The position numbers and the translations under genes are program-made. Shown in pieces: positions 52,123 through 64,000 of a DNA stretch of 64,000 bases. This DNA comes from Mobula hypostoma (lineage: Eukaryota): the NCBI RefSeq assembly GCF_963921235.1, contig NC_086118.1:20524001-20588000 (forward strand), in the 5' to 3' direction. The number at the start of each line of letters is the position of its first letter. Position 1 is the stretch's first letter. The notes beneath the pieces are model-generated. The model searched no databases, was not told the DNA's origin, and was given only the letters and a program-made list of their open reading frames with translations.

Positions 52123-52309
52123 TTATCATTTTGTTCACAAATGAACCCAAATCCTCAGACATCCGTTCATGTGTAACAGCTGGAAGTTTCATTTCCCCTT
52201 TTACTGAAGTAGGTTTACCTGATCTGGCCATGATGTTAAATTCCCTTGATTGTACCATTAGACTGCAACCAAAATTCCTGTATCACAAATGGCATTCAGT
52301 CGACTGCAC

Positions 52310-52970
52310 GATCAGTTCAGTTTTCGCTCATTGTCATTTAGAAATGCATGCATTAAAAAATGATACAACGTTCCTCCAGAATGATATCACAAGAAAACAC
52401 TGGACAAACCAAGACTAAAACTGACAAAACCACATAATTATAATATATAGTTACAACAGTGCAAAGCAATACCATAATTTGATACAGAGCAGACCATGGG
52501 CACAGTAAAAAAAAGTCTCAAAGTCCCGATAGACTCATCTTCCCACGCAGGTGGCAAAAGGGAGGAACTCTCCCCGCCATAAACCTCCAAGTGCCGCCAA
52601 CTCGCCGATGCAGCACCATTGGAAGCACCCGACCACAGCGGACTCTGAGTCCATCCGAAAACTTTGAGCCTCCAACCAGCCCCTCCGACACTGAACACTG
52701 AGCACCATCCTCTGCCGAGCACTTCGACCCCACCCCGGCCGCTGAGCAAGAAGCAAAGCCGAGGACTCGGGGCCTTCCCCTCCGGAGATTCTGGATCACG
52801 CAGTAGCAGTGGCAGCGAAACAGGCATTTCAGAAGTTTCACCAGATGTTCCTCCGTGCTCTCACATCCGTCTCCATAAAATCAGGATTGTGCACGGCACC
52901 CTACTTGACAAGTAACAGACACCACCACTGGAGTGGCCGCTGTGAGCTGAGTCATGCCGCCATCTTCCCG
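52310..52970 (-). mobile_element. Second copy of the non-coding retroposon
   Basis: Colinear similarity to 49106-49790; AAGATGGCGGC head and short (AACTG)n tail. Confidence 0.8.
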
Positions 52971-53249
52971 CCTCCAGATTAAATAACTTCACTCAAGTGG
53001 TATCAGTTGAATTGTATGATCAAACAATAATAATCCAGCTTCAAGGAGTTTCATGCCTGTTACTGAAAGTAAAAAGTTTCTAGAAAAATACTGCAGTAAC
53101 TGTACTGTAATTACTGGAAAATTCACTGAACAGTTACATGTAAATAGTTGATTATTTAAAAATATTAGCTAGCATAGGGAAGTTAAACTACAAGGAAAAT
53201 GAGAATTCTACACCCCAATACAACAACTTCTGTATTGTAATCATATATA

Positions 53250-54590
53250 ATCAGAATCAGAATCAGGTTTACTATCACCAGCTTGTGACGTGAATTTGTT
53301 AACTGTGCAGCAGCAGTTCAATGCAATACATCATATAGAAGAAAAAAAACAAAATAAAATAATAATAATAATAATAAATAAATACATCAATTACAGTATA
53401 TGTATATTGAACAGATTAAAAATCATGCAAAAGCAGAAATAATATATATTTTAAAAAGTGAGGTAATGTTCATGGGTTCAATGACCATTTAGGAATTAGA
53501 TGGCAGAGGGGAAGAAGCTGTTCCTGAATCGCTGAGTGTGTGTCTTCAGGCTTCTGTATCTCCTACCTGATGGTAACAGTGGGGAAGGGTCATGCCCTGG
53601 GTGCTGGAGGTCCTTAATAATGGACGCTGCCTTTCTGAGTCACCGCTCCTTGAAGATGTCCTGGGTACTTTGTAGGCCAGTGCCCAAGATGGAGCTGACT
53701 AGACTTACAACCTTCTGAAGCTTCTTTTGGTCCTATGCAGTAGCCCCTCCATACCAGACAGTGATGCAGTCTCTCAGAATGCCCTCCACGGTACAACTAT
53801 AGAAGTTTTTGAGTGTATTTGTTGACATACCAAATCTCTTCAAACTCCTAATGAAGTATAGCCACTGTCTTGCCTTCTTTACAACTGTATCGATATGTTG
53901 GGACCAGGTTAGATCCTCAGAGATCTTGACAACCAAGAACTTGAAACTGCTCACTGTCTCCACTTCTGATCCCTCCATGAGAGTTGATATGTTTTCCTTC
54001 ATCTTACCCCTCTGGAAGTCCACAATCAGCTCTTTTGTCTTACGGACATTGAGTGCCAGGTTGTTGCTGTGGCACCACTCCATTAGATGGCATATGTTGC
54101 CCCTGTACGCCCTCTCATCACCACCTGAGATTCTACCAACAATGGTTGTATTATCAGCGAATTTATAGATGGTATTTAAGCTATACCTAGCCACACAGTC
54201 ATGGGTATAGAGAGAGTAGAGCAGTGGGCTATGCACGCACCCTTGAGGTGCACCAGTGTTGATCATCAGTGAGGAGGAGATGTTATCACCAATTGACACA
54301 GATTGCAGATTTCCAGTTAGGAAGACAAGGATCCAATTGCAGAGGCCCAGGTTCTGCAACTTCTCAATCAGGATTGTGGGAATGATGGTATTAAATGCTG
54401 AGCTATAGTCGATGAACAGCATCCTGAATCCAGGTGGTCTAAGGCCGTGTGGAGAGCCGTTGAGATTGCGTCTGCCATTGACCTGTTGTGGTGATAGGCA
54501 AATTGCAACGGGTGCAGGTCCTTGCTGAGGCGGGAGTTCAGCCTAGTCATGACCAACCTCTCAAAGAATTTCATCACTGTAGATGTGAGT
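53250..54590 (-). mobile_element. 5'-truncated Rex1/Babar-like LINE
   Basis: 229-aa ORF with [22 protein letters not shown] and KFADN; (TGATTC)n tail. Confidence 0.85.
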
Positions 54591-54789
54591 GCAGAAAAAA
54601 TACAGAAAAATGTATGTAATTTCTGTATATTTATTTTTAGTGTACATGCTTATATTGAATTCAGTGCTCTTAATGCAGTCTCCTCTACACTGGCAAGAGC
54701 AAATGCAGACGAGGCGACTGCTTACTCTCAGTCTTAGTACTGAACTCTGTTTGCAAAAGCCATCTTGAGCTCCTAGTTGCAAGCTCATT

Positions 54790-55335
54790 TAACCCTCCTC
54801 CTCATTCCCACACTAACTTGCTTGTCCAGTGCCTGCTCCACTAACAGGGTGCAGCCAAACATGAAGCAGAGGAAGTAGAGGTTTGGGTAATCTACAACCC
54901 AATGGCATAAAGATTAAATTCTTTAATCTTGTAACATGCTGCCCTTATGTTCCTTCTCTTTTCCTTCTGGTCCACTCAGGCCCTCTCACACTCCTCCTTT
55001 CCGAAACCACCCCAGACTCCTGCCACCCGCTTTCTTTCCCCTCCTCCACCTGCCTGTCACCCACTCACCCCAACGATCCCTGATGCCCTTCCCCTACTCT
55101 TCCTATCTGCCCACCATCCTTCTCTAAGATTGTTCCACTCATACCCACCTTCCCTGCCCCTTACCTTCTTACTCTGACTTCTCGTCTCTTTCTCTCCAGC
55201 CCTGATGAAGGGTCTCGGCCCAAAACATCGACTGTGCTCTTTTCCATGGATGCTGCCTGGCCTGCTGAGTTCCTCCAGCATTTTGTGTGTGTCGCTCGGA
55301 TTTCCAGCACCTGCAGATTTTCTCTTGTTTGTGAT
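54790..55335 (+). mobile_element. Penelope-like 3'/terminal-repeat fragments
   Basis: CCTGATGAAGGGTCTCGGCCC...GATGCTGCCTGGCCTGCTGAGTTCCTCCAGC repeat shared with about 3310-3425, 6725-6810, 19545-19665, 24328-24420 and 28380-28470. Confidence 0.65.
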
Positions 55336-55674
55336 TGGTCCACACGTATCTTCTTTTCTTATCAGATTGTGTAATCTGCGACCCTTTTCTCTCCATTTAT
55401 CACCTCCTACAACTAACCTTCCCTCCCCCACCTGGTTCTATATGCACATTAATCCCTCTTCAAGTGGACCCACTAATCACTTACCAGGACCTGCTTCACT
55501 CCTCCACCTCACCTCTTAGCACTGGTTATCTCCCCTTCACGTTTCACCCCAAAATGTCAAGTATCTCTTTGCCTGATCTGCTGAATCCCTCCAGCATCTT
55601 AGTGGTTTTACACCAGACAGTATATGAGCCAGTGTCCCCTTTTGACCACAGAGCTTACAGTTCAGGTCCTCTCT

Positions 55675-56057
55675 CATCGCCTATGTGTACAGATGTAATG
55701 GTGAAGGAAGGGTGTCATACACGGATCGCAAGAGAAGGAAATACGGAAGGGCTCCAGTCTCCATAACTCTGCCCATGAGATCTTGCGCTTAGGCAGATCC
55801 CATTTTGTCCAGGCACCCTGAGACCCTTGTTCCACTGCCTTTGACATCCGCTTCTCTTCCTCACGGAAATGTACTTCTGCCTGTACCAAGTCTCGCCTGT
55901 TCCTTATGCTTGTGTTTCCCCACTGCTGGAAATGAACTGAGCCGAGGCCTTGCTGCCCGACGCAGGGGTTGCCGATGATATCTCGCAGCTTCAGAGAACA
56001 CACCGCTTCCTCCACAGCTGCGTTGGCTGCCCACTTGCGCCCAGATCTGATTGTAAC
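55675..56057 (-). mobile_element. HERO-like (R2-related) non-LTR retrotransposon fragment
   Basis: RSGRKWAA..AVEEA..LKLRDIIG..GQQGLG..QGAWTKW..ISWAELW resembles the post-RT region of HERO-type elements. Confidence 0.65.
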
Positions 56058-57510
56058 ACCATCTAAATAATAGTCTGCCTGTTTATTTCTTCCACCAAAG
56101 TGCATGACCATACACTTTCCAACATTGCATTTCATTTGCCACATATGTCCATTCCCCTAAACTATCTAAGTCTCTCTGCAGGCTCTCTGTTTCCTCAACA
56201 CTACCAGCTCCTCCACCTGTCTTTGTATCATTGGCAAATTTAGCCACAAATTTATTAATCCCATAGTCCAAATCATTGACATACATCGTAAAAAGCAGTG
56301 GTCCCAACACCGACCCCTGTGGAACTCCACTGGTAACCAGCAGCCAGCCAGAATAGGATCCTTTTATTCCCACTCTCTGTTCTCTATAGAGAGCCTCCTG
56401 ACGTATTGCTGTGCAGTATGGTTTGCCAGCTGCACAGAACAGAACAGGAAGGACTTGCAGCGGGTGGTGAGGGTAGCAGAGTGGGTTATTGGCACAACAT
56501 TACCCTCCCTCAGAGACATTTATACTGGCAGACTTCAAAAGAACGCTATTTGTATTTCAAAGGATCCCACTCATCCTGGACATCACCTGTTTTCCCCTCT
56601 ACCTTCTGGGAAGAGATGCAGAGCATTAAGGACGAAAACAAAGAGACTCCTTAACAGCTTCTACCCACAAGCAGTGAAATGTATAACACCCCCTTCCCTT
56701 CTCCTGCCTCCCTCCTAAGACGGCGGCAGCTAAATGCATCACACTTCCAGGAATGGCAGGTGTGCAATAGTCCTACCCCCCCCCATTCCATATATTATTA
56801 ATTTTGGACTGCACTCCTGAGGTTTTAGAGTTTATTTTATGTATATATTCTTTGTCGTGCTGCAAAACGTTGAGCTGCTAAACTGTGTTTCATTGCTCCA
56901 CAACAATGACAATAAAGATATTCTTCTTCTTCTTCTTCTCTGCCAATCAGCCAATGCTCCACCATGCTAGTAACTTCCCTGTAATTCCATGGGCTCTTAT
57001 CTTACTAAGCAGCCTCATTTGCAGCTTCTGAAAATCCAAGTACACCACATCTACTACATCTCCTTTGTCTACCCTGCTTGTAATTTCTTCAAAAAATTGC
57101 AGTAGGCTAGTCAGGCAGGATTTTCCTTCAGGAAACCATGTTGGCTTTGACCTATCTTGTCATGTGCCTCCAGGTACTATCCCTAACAATCATTTCCAAC
57201 AACTTCTCAACCACTGATGTCAGGCTAACAGGTCTATAGATTCCTTTCTACTGTCTCCCTTCCTTCTTAAATAGCGGAGTAAGTTTTGCAATTTTCCAGC
57301 CATCTGGTACAATGCCAGAATCAATCGATTCTCGAAAGTTCATTGCTAATGCCTCCGCAATCTCTCCAGCTACTTCCTTCAGAACCTGAAGGTGCATTCC
57401 ATCAGGTCCAGGAGATTTATCCACCCTCAGACCATTAAGCTTCCTGAGCACCTTCTCAGTCGTAATTTTACTGGATATACTTCACATCTCTGACACTCTT
57501 GAATGTCCGG
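56058..57510 (-). mobile_element. CR1 fragment interrupted by a Rex1-like 3' fragment (about 56386-56940, +)
   Basis: DKSPGPDGMH and GVPQGSVLGP on the minus strand; DPTHPGHHLFSPLPSG with a (CTT)n tail on the plus strand. Confidence 0.8.
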
Positions 57511-57864
57511 TATACTGCACTACATACCACACTATTTCACCAACACTGCACTTTTTAACCTTTTCTATTCTTGTGCACATACAATAAATTATTCTGTAAA
57601 CTGGACGTGTCTCATTGGCTCTGTGAAGTTGGATCAAATCTGGTTCTTTATTCTTAGAACCATTCTGAAACATGTCTTTAATTTTGAATTCACTTTATAT
57701 CACTCAGGGTTGAGTACAATTTCCAACAGTTGGACAGAATCACTGGTAGGAAATGTTTAGAGAGATTTGGGCCAAATGCAGCCAAGTGGAACTAACTCAG
57801 AAAGGCAGGACGAGTTTGGCTGAAGGGCCTGTTTGCATTTTTTTTTTGTGTGCCATACTCTAAC

Positions 57865-58090
57865 CAGAGCCTCGGCGACCACTTTTTCAAGTGGTTGTCT
57901 TGGAGGAAAGATTCTGTGAGTGGTCCCCCACATCCTTCTCACAGCGCAGTTTTTTTTATGAGGCCGAGTTGCTAGCTGGACACTCAACCTGGCACGGATT
58001 GAAAGTGTGCCCGGGAGTAGCCCGACTGGGTTCGAACTCAGGAACCTTCGCTCCTGAGTCCGGCGCTGATGTCACTGCGTCACCAGCCAG
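57865..58090 (-). mobile_element. tRNA-derived SINE
   Basis: Minus-strand head GGCTGGTGACGCAGTG...GAGTTCGAACCC (A and B boxes) followed by a non-tRNA body. Confidence 0.65.
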
Positions 58091-59419
58091 TTCTGTTTGT
58101 ATTAGAACACTGGAAAGTTTTCAACAAGAGCAGGCCACTTGACCCAACAAAGCTTGCCAAATTCCTATTCACATAGTGTGTTGAAATAACTATTGTGTTT
58201 AGATTTGAAAGTCCCTAAGGGACTACAATCAACAATACAACTAGATAGTTTGTTCCATGTGTCCACAACCCGCTGTGTAAAGAAATGCTTCCTGATGTTA
58301 GTCTGAAATTTCCCCTTAACCAGTCTCCACCTATGACCCCATGTCCTGATGATGGATTAACTTTGAAGTAGCAGCTGGCATCCACTTTACTCATACCCTT
58401 AATGATTTTGAACACTTCTATCATGTCTCCTCTTATTCTACATCTACATAAGCTGAAAATGTTTAATTCTTTCAATCTTTCTTCATAGCTGATATCCCAC
58501 AGATCTGGAATGAGTCGAGTTACCCTTCTATGAACTCTATCCAGTGCCTTCACATCCCTCACACAATATGGAAACCAAAATTGCAAACAGTACTCAAGGT
58601 GTGGGCTCACAAGTGCATTATACAGGTTAAGGAGAATGTCTCTAGACTTTAACTCCACTGAGTGCATTATATAGCCCAAAATACTAATAGCCTTCCGAAT
58701 CACTTCTGTACATTGTCTAGATGTTGAAAGTGATGTGTACCAGGATGCCCAAATCCTTCTCACATTATGCACTTTCTAACTCAAGACCCTCATTGCACAC
58801 AGTATTTTTATTTAATATTTCTACTTCCTATGTGTAATACTTAACTTGTATTAAACTTCATCTGCCATTTATCTGCCCACATCTGGATTTTGTTTCGATC
58901 TAACTATTGATCCAGGTGTCTGAATGTCATCAGCCCATCCCCCTAATTTTGTGTCATCAGCAGACTTTAATAGTTTATTTGTTATGTGCTTATCCAAATC
59001 ATTAATATAAATTAAAAACAGCAGCGGCCCTAAAACCAATCTTTGCGGAACTCCACTTTTAACATGATTCTCTCACCACCACTCGTTGTTTTGTGTTTTT
59101 GAGCTAATTCTGCACCCAATTGTACGTGTTACCCTGAGTTCCTACCTCCTGTGATTTGATTATTAACCTCTCGTGGGGTACCTTGTCAAAAGCTTTCTGA
59201 AAGTCCAAGTAAATTACATCAACCGCTCTATTGCTATCATAAAATTTAGGTGCCTCTTCATAGAACTCCAGCATGTCAGTAAAATATTATTTCCCCTTTC
59301 TGAACCTATGCTAGCTTTCTGCTAACATGCCTGTTCTTATCAGCTACTTTTCCATCTCATTCTTTATTATTGTTTCTATTCCCTTACCTGCGATACACAT
59401 TAAGCTTACTAGTCACTTG

Positions 59420-61875
59420 AAATTAAGATTGACAAGCGCAGGACAAGGTGCTGTATCAAAGGCAGAAGAGGCAGATCTCAGTTGTTTGTTGCATTGAGAC
59501 TTTGTTAACAGCCAGCATGCTGGATGCAGCTATCTGACCAGATGCTGTCTGTAAACAAGAAACGGCCCATCCCAACACATTTCAAATTATAGTTGGTGAC
59601 TATATCCAGGCCTGTTTGAAGAAAACCCTGCCCAGTTATCACCAGCACGTAACCTGTTGCACCAGGGGTCACGGCCCATCCCAACACATTTCAAATTATA
59701 GTTGGTGACTATATCCAGGCCTGTTTGAAGAAAACCCTGCCCAGTTATCACCAGCACGTAACCTGTTGCACCAGGGGTCCCAGCACACTAGACCACTGGT
59801 GCACTATGATAGGCAATGCCTATCTGGGCTGGGCTGAGTTCAAGCGCTCATCTGAGGACCTAAAGGACGACAGCAGGATCATTACAGACTTTATTAAAGA
59901 AGCTCTGGATGAGTGTGTCCCCACAAAATTGTTTGGCGTTTTCCCCAATCTGAATCCCTGGATGAACAATGAAATCTGGAACCAGATCAGAGGCAGTTAA
60001 GTCTGGAGGTCAAGAATGCTACAAAAGGTGCAGGTATGATCTCCAGAAAGACATCTTTTGGGCAAAGTGGAGATTTCAGACTAGACTGGGATCAACGAGA
60101 GATACTTGACAGCTGTGACAGGGCTTGCATGCCATAACCTCCTTCAAAGCTAAATCTTGCAACGTAGGGGATAGCAGAGCTTCGCTTCCAGATGTGCTCG
60201 ATGCCTTCTCTGCTCCCTTTGACCACCAGAACAGGGAGGAACCATTGCGCACCCCCATGTCTCCCGATGATTCCCTGGTCTCAGTGTCTGAAGATGACGT
60301 GCGGTCTGCCATCAGGAGACCGACTCCAAGGAAAGCATCTGGTCTGGATGGAGTCCTGGCCAAGTACTGAAGACCTGTGCCGACCAACTGGCTGGTGTAT
60401 TCACAGTTATCATCAGCTTCTTGCTCCAGCAGTGCGTGGGTCCCCACCTGCTTCAAGCAGGCTTCAATCATATCAACGCCCAAGAAGAGAGTGGTAACCT
60501 GTCTCAATGACTATCGCCCAGTGGCACTTACATCCACAGTGATAGAGTGTTTTGAGAGGCTGGTGTTGAAGCATATCAGCTCCTGTCTGAGCGGCAACTT
60601 GGATTTGCTCCAATTCACCTACTGAAGTAACAAATCTACAGCAGATGCTTTCTTGTTGGCTCTTCACGCAACCCTGGAACACCTGGACTGCAAAGATGCA
60701 TACATCAGGATGCTCTTTATCGATTACAGCCTGGCATTTAACACCATCATCCCCTCTAAACTAATCAGTAAACTCCAAGACCTGAGCCTCAATACCCCCT
60801 TGTGCAATTGGATCCTGGATTTTCTCACTTGTGGACCCCAGTCAGTTCGGATTGGCAAAAATATCTCCACCATAATCTCCACCAGCACAGGAGAACCACA
60901 GGGGTGTGTGCTTAGCCCCCTGCTCTACTCACTTTACACCTGTGACTGTGTGGCTAAGTACAGCTCCAACACCATATACAGGTTTGCTGATGACACCACT
61001 GTTGTGGGCTGTGTCAAAGGTGGTGATGAATCAGCATATGGGGGGAAGATTGAAAACTTGGCTGAGTGGTGTCATAACAACAACCTCTCACTCAATGTCA
61101 TTAAGATGAAGGAACTGACTGTCGACTTCAGGAGAGGAAACCCAGAGGTCCATGAGCCATTGCTCATTGCAGGATCAGAGGTGGACAGGGCCAGTAACTT
61201 TACATTCTCAAGTGTCACTACCTCAGAGGACCTGTTCTGGACCCGTCATGTAAATATTATTGCAAAGAAAGCACAACAGCACCTCTACTTCATCTGGAGT
61301 CTGAGGAGGTTTGGCATGTCCTTGGCAAAAACTTTGGCAAACTTCTATGGTTGTGTGGTGGAAAGTGTGCTGACTGGCGGCATTATAGCCTGGTATGGGA
61401 ACACCAATACCTTTGAGTGGAAATTCCTTCAAAAGATAGTTGATTTGGCCCAGTACATCATGGATAAAACCCTCCCAACCTTTAAGCACATCTACATGAA
61501 ACGTTGCCGTAGAAAGGCAGCTTCCGTCAACAGAGATCCTCACCACCCAGGCCTTGCTTGTTTCTCGCTGCTGCCATCGGTTAGAAGGTACAAGCACTCC
61601 AGGACTCTCACTGCCAGGTTCAAAAACAGTTACGACCCCTCAACCATCAGCCTCTTGAACAGAAGGGGATAGCTACACCCATTTATGTTGTTATTTCATG
61701 CTCATTATTTGTTGCTGTTTATTTATATCTGCATTTGCACAGTTTGTTTACAGTTAACAGTTCCTGATGTTTACAGTTACTGTTCTATAGATTTGCTAAA
61801 TATGTCCGCAGAAAATGAGTCTCATGGTTGTACGTTGTGACATGTTTGTACTCTGATAATACATTTAACTTTGAA
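59420..61875 (+). mobile_element. Rex1/Babar-like LINE, degraded
   Basis: 339-aa ORF 60653-61672 with [13 protein letters not shown] and RFADD; upstream [10 protein letters not shown]; 3' UTR ending ACTTTGAA. Confidence 0.85.
59562..59779 (+). repeat. Tandem duplication, 2 x 109 bp
   Basis: 59562-59670 and 59671-59779 read identically. Confidence 0.9.
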
Positions 61876-62429
61876 AGAAATCTCTTGGGGTCAATCTTGG
61901 CATTATCAGCAATATCCTTCTTAACCTGCCTTTTGGCAATCCGAACTTCCCTCTTGACTCTTGCTCTCATATTTTCATATGCTCTATGGTTAAAATCATT
62001 ATTATTCTTTCTATATTCCTTATATAGCTGTCTTTTCTTCAATAATTTTTATGTACATCTTTATTCATCCACGTAGTTGATCCATTGTTTTCATGGCTTC
62101 TCCTGACTGTGGGTACAAACATTTCCTGCGCTGCGTATATTATCTCTCATCATCGAGCCCTCTGGAGATGTAGTGGGCTAATCAATGAAACATTGAGGAA
62201 GGAGGGTGCCCACTTGAAAACCCCTGTGTGTCAACCCTATGGGGCTCCCAGCATCAAGGCAGTCTCAAGCAAGTGCGCAAGACCCGTTGGCACAAGGGAT
62301 ATTAACATCTCATCTGTGCTTTTTCATTTTCATTAACTGGACTTGCCCTGTGACTGCTGTGAAAGGGCAGCTGACGACAAGGGAAAGCCCTTGTGACAGC
62401 ATGGAAAGACAGCTGACAGGAGGGAGTAG

Positions 62430-62870
62430 ACTCCTACAAGGCTGTCATGGGCTAGCTACCCATGGCGGCAGTCCTCGATGCTGTTTCAGCATGTTAGAGA
62501 CACCTGTTAATGGCTATGAAGAGGCAATAACGGAAGATACCCCTAGAGCCTGCAAGAGCAGGAGCATGATGTGTCCCATTGACTGGTAACACAGCTACAG
62601 ACCTAGGAATGGAATCTACCATGAATAAAGAGAGCACTGCACAGGGGAACGGGAACGTCGACTCAGACCATGAGAGGCCTGCGTCGGGCATTTTCATGCT
62701 TTACAAGGCACAGATTGGAAGTCTGTGTGGGCGCCACTCCTCGCACAGACTAGAGCAATGTGTGATTAAGTGCCTTGCTCAAGGGCACAAACACGCTGCC
62801 ACAGCTGAGGTTCGAACTAGCGACCTTGGGATAACTAGCTGAATGCCTTAACCACTTGGCCATGTGCCCT
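62430..62870 (-). mobile_element. tRNA-derived SINE
   Basis: Head TGGCCAAGTGGTTAAGG...AGTTCGAACC followed by GTGCCCTTGAGCAAGGCACTTAA body. Confidence 0.7.
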
Positions 62871-62874
62871 GCAC

Positions 62875-63880
62875 AAGAGACCTTCAAAACACCAGCATCA
62901 GTAGTGGGACACAAGCATTGGGTGTGCATCTGTGGGGGGAGAAAGAAAAGGGGTTGAAGATCCAACAAGGGAGGAAAGGATGCTTGAGAGGGCAGGGACA
63001 GGGGCCTCACATCAACCAGTACTTCTTGCAAAGTCAATCAACTATGTCGAGTGAAGCACAGCGAGCGGACACAAACCAACGTTCGCAGAGCATCAGCACT
63101 CCTGTCACTGGGGAGGTTAGCACAGAAATCCCAGCTGAGGGACCCACCCAACCACCAACACCACCTAAAGAGAGAAAGATCAAAGAGCACAGACCGCTCC
63201 TGAGGTGTCCCAAAACTGATGATTGAAAAAAGCAAACACGAGGAAATCTGCAGATGCTGGAATTTCAAGCAACACACATAAAAATTGCTGGTGAACGCAG
63301 CAGGTCAGGCAGCATCTCTAGGAAGAGGTGCGGTCGACGTTTCGGGCCGAGACCCTTCGTCAGGACTAACTGAAAGAAGAACTAGTAAGAGTTACTAGCT
63401 CTTCTTTCAGTTCGTCCTGACGAAGGGTCTTGGCCCGAAACGTCGACCGCACCTCTTCCTAGAGATGCTGCCTGACCTGCTGCGTTCACCAGCAATTTTT
63501 ATGTGTGTTGATTAAAAAAAGAGTGGGCAACCATCAACAATGACGATGAAAATTTTGGAGCAATTAAAAGGATCAGCAGAAAAGAATTTGGATGCAATGG
63601 GAGACATCATCCACTGCTATGGGGAAGAGAGGCTTGAAGTCAGCACAAGGAGGAATGGAAAGACATCTTCACCACCAATAAAGTCCAGGAGGCAGCAGGA
63701 GATTGAGCGATTGGTTTGAAAAAGGAGACAGCTGAGGAAACAGTGGAAGAAAGTCCCAGATCGTGAGAGGGAAGTCCTCAACCATCTTCAAGTGGACATC
63801 ATGAGCCTGCTGACAAAGTTACAAAGAGCTGAGAATCTAAGAAGCTGTGCAGAAGATAGAATAAACAAGAACACCATTCT
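62875..63880 (+). mobile_element. HERO-like retrotransposon N-terminal fragment
   Basis: CICG..GLKIQQGRKGCL zinc-finger remnant and YGEER..SRRQQEIERLV..RRQLRKQWKK. Confidence 0.6.
63233..63510. mobile_element. Penelope-like terminal-repeat insertion forming an inverted repeat
   Basis: Arms 63270-63388 and 63392-63510; flanked by TGATTGAAAAAAG / TGATTAAAAAAAG. Confidence 0.8.
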
Positions 63881-64000
63881 CTAGTCAGGTTGCACCTGGA
63901 GTACTGTCAACAGTTTTGGGCCCCATATCTCAGAAAGGATGTGTTGTCATTGGAGCGAGTTCAGAGAAGGTTCATGAGGATGATTCCAGGAATGAAAGGG

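Larger units (their letters stand above)
58120..62200 (-). mobile_element. CR1-like LINE (about 58120-59410 and 61875-62200) split by a plus-strand Rex1-like LINE
   Basis: LVSPHLEYCLQFW and RIRGDMIEVFKI on the left; AKRQVKKDIADNAKIDPKRF on the right. Confidence 0.75.

Noticed and set aside
57990..58090. Possible tRNA genes here and at about 62790-62870
   Set aside because: A and B boxes are present but continue into SINE bodies with no convincing acceptor stem.
1..64000. Prokaryotic systems (CRISPR arrays, operons, retrons)
   Set aside because: The window is spliced vertebrate DNA; no regularly spaced repeat-spacer array was seen and all RTs belong to eukaryotic retroelements.

Overview
Vertebrate genomic DNA; the repeat content suggests a cartilaginous fish such as a ray (inference). 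The left two-thirds hold one complete minus-strand gene, WDR45B (WIPI3). Its 10 GT-AG coding exons run from ATG 41827 to stop 2719 and total 1035 nt (344 aa). Introns and upstream DNA are dense with transposons: CR1, Rex1/Babar-like, HERO-like and Penelope-like retroelements, Tc1 and hAT DNA transposons, Gypsy-type LTR elements and tRNA-derived SINEs. The most unusual object lies about 6 kb upstream of the gene. It is a complete LTR retrotransposon insertion (48060-52122; paired LTRs, PBS, PPT, perfect 5-bp TSD) whose RT/RNase H/integrase region is replaced by a full-length intronless copy of the host gene SUDS3, fused in frame to the element's protease. The copy was later disabled and hit by two nested insertions. 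Also notable: a full-length CR1 with a single visible nonsense codon inserted into a Tc1 terminal repeat, a hAT element abutting the WDR45B promoter, a candidate uORF, and a 241-bp palindrome carrying minimal hammerhead-like motifs. Boundaries of degraded repeats are approximate, and all family assignments are by eye from motifs.
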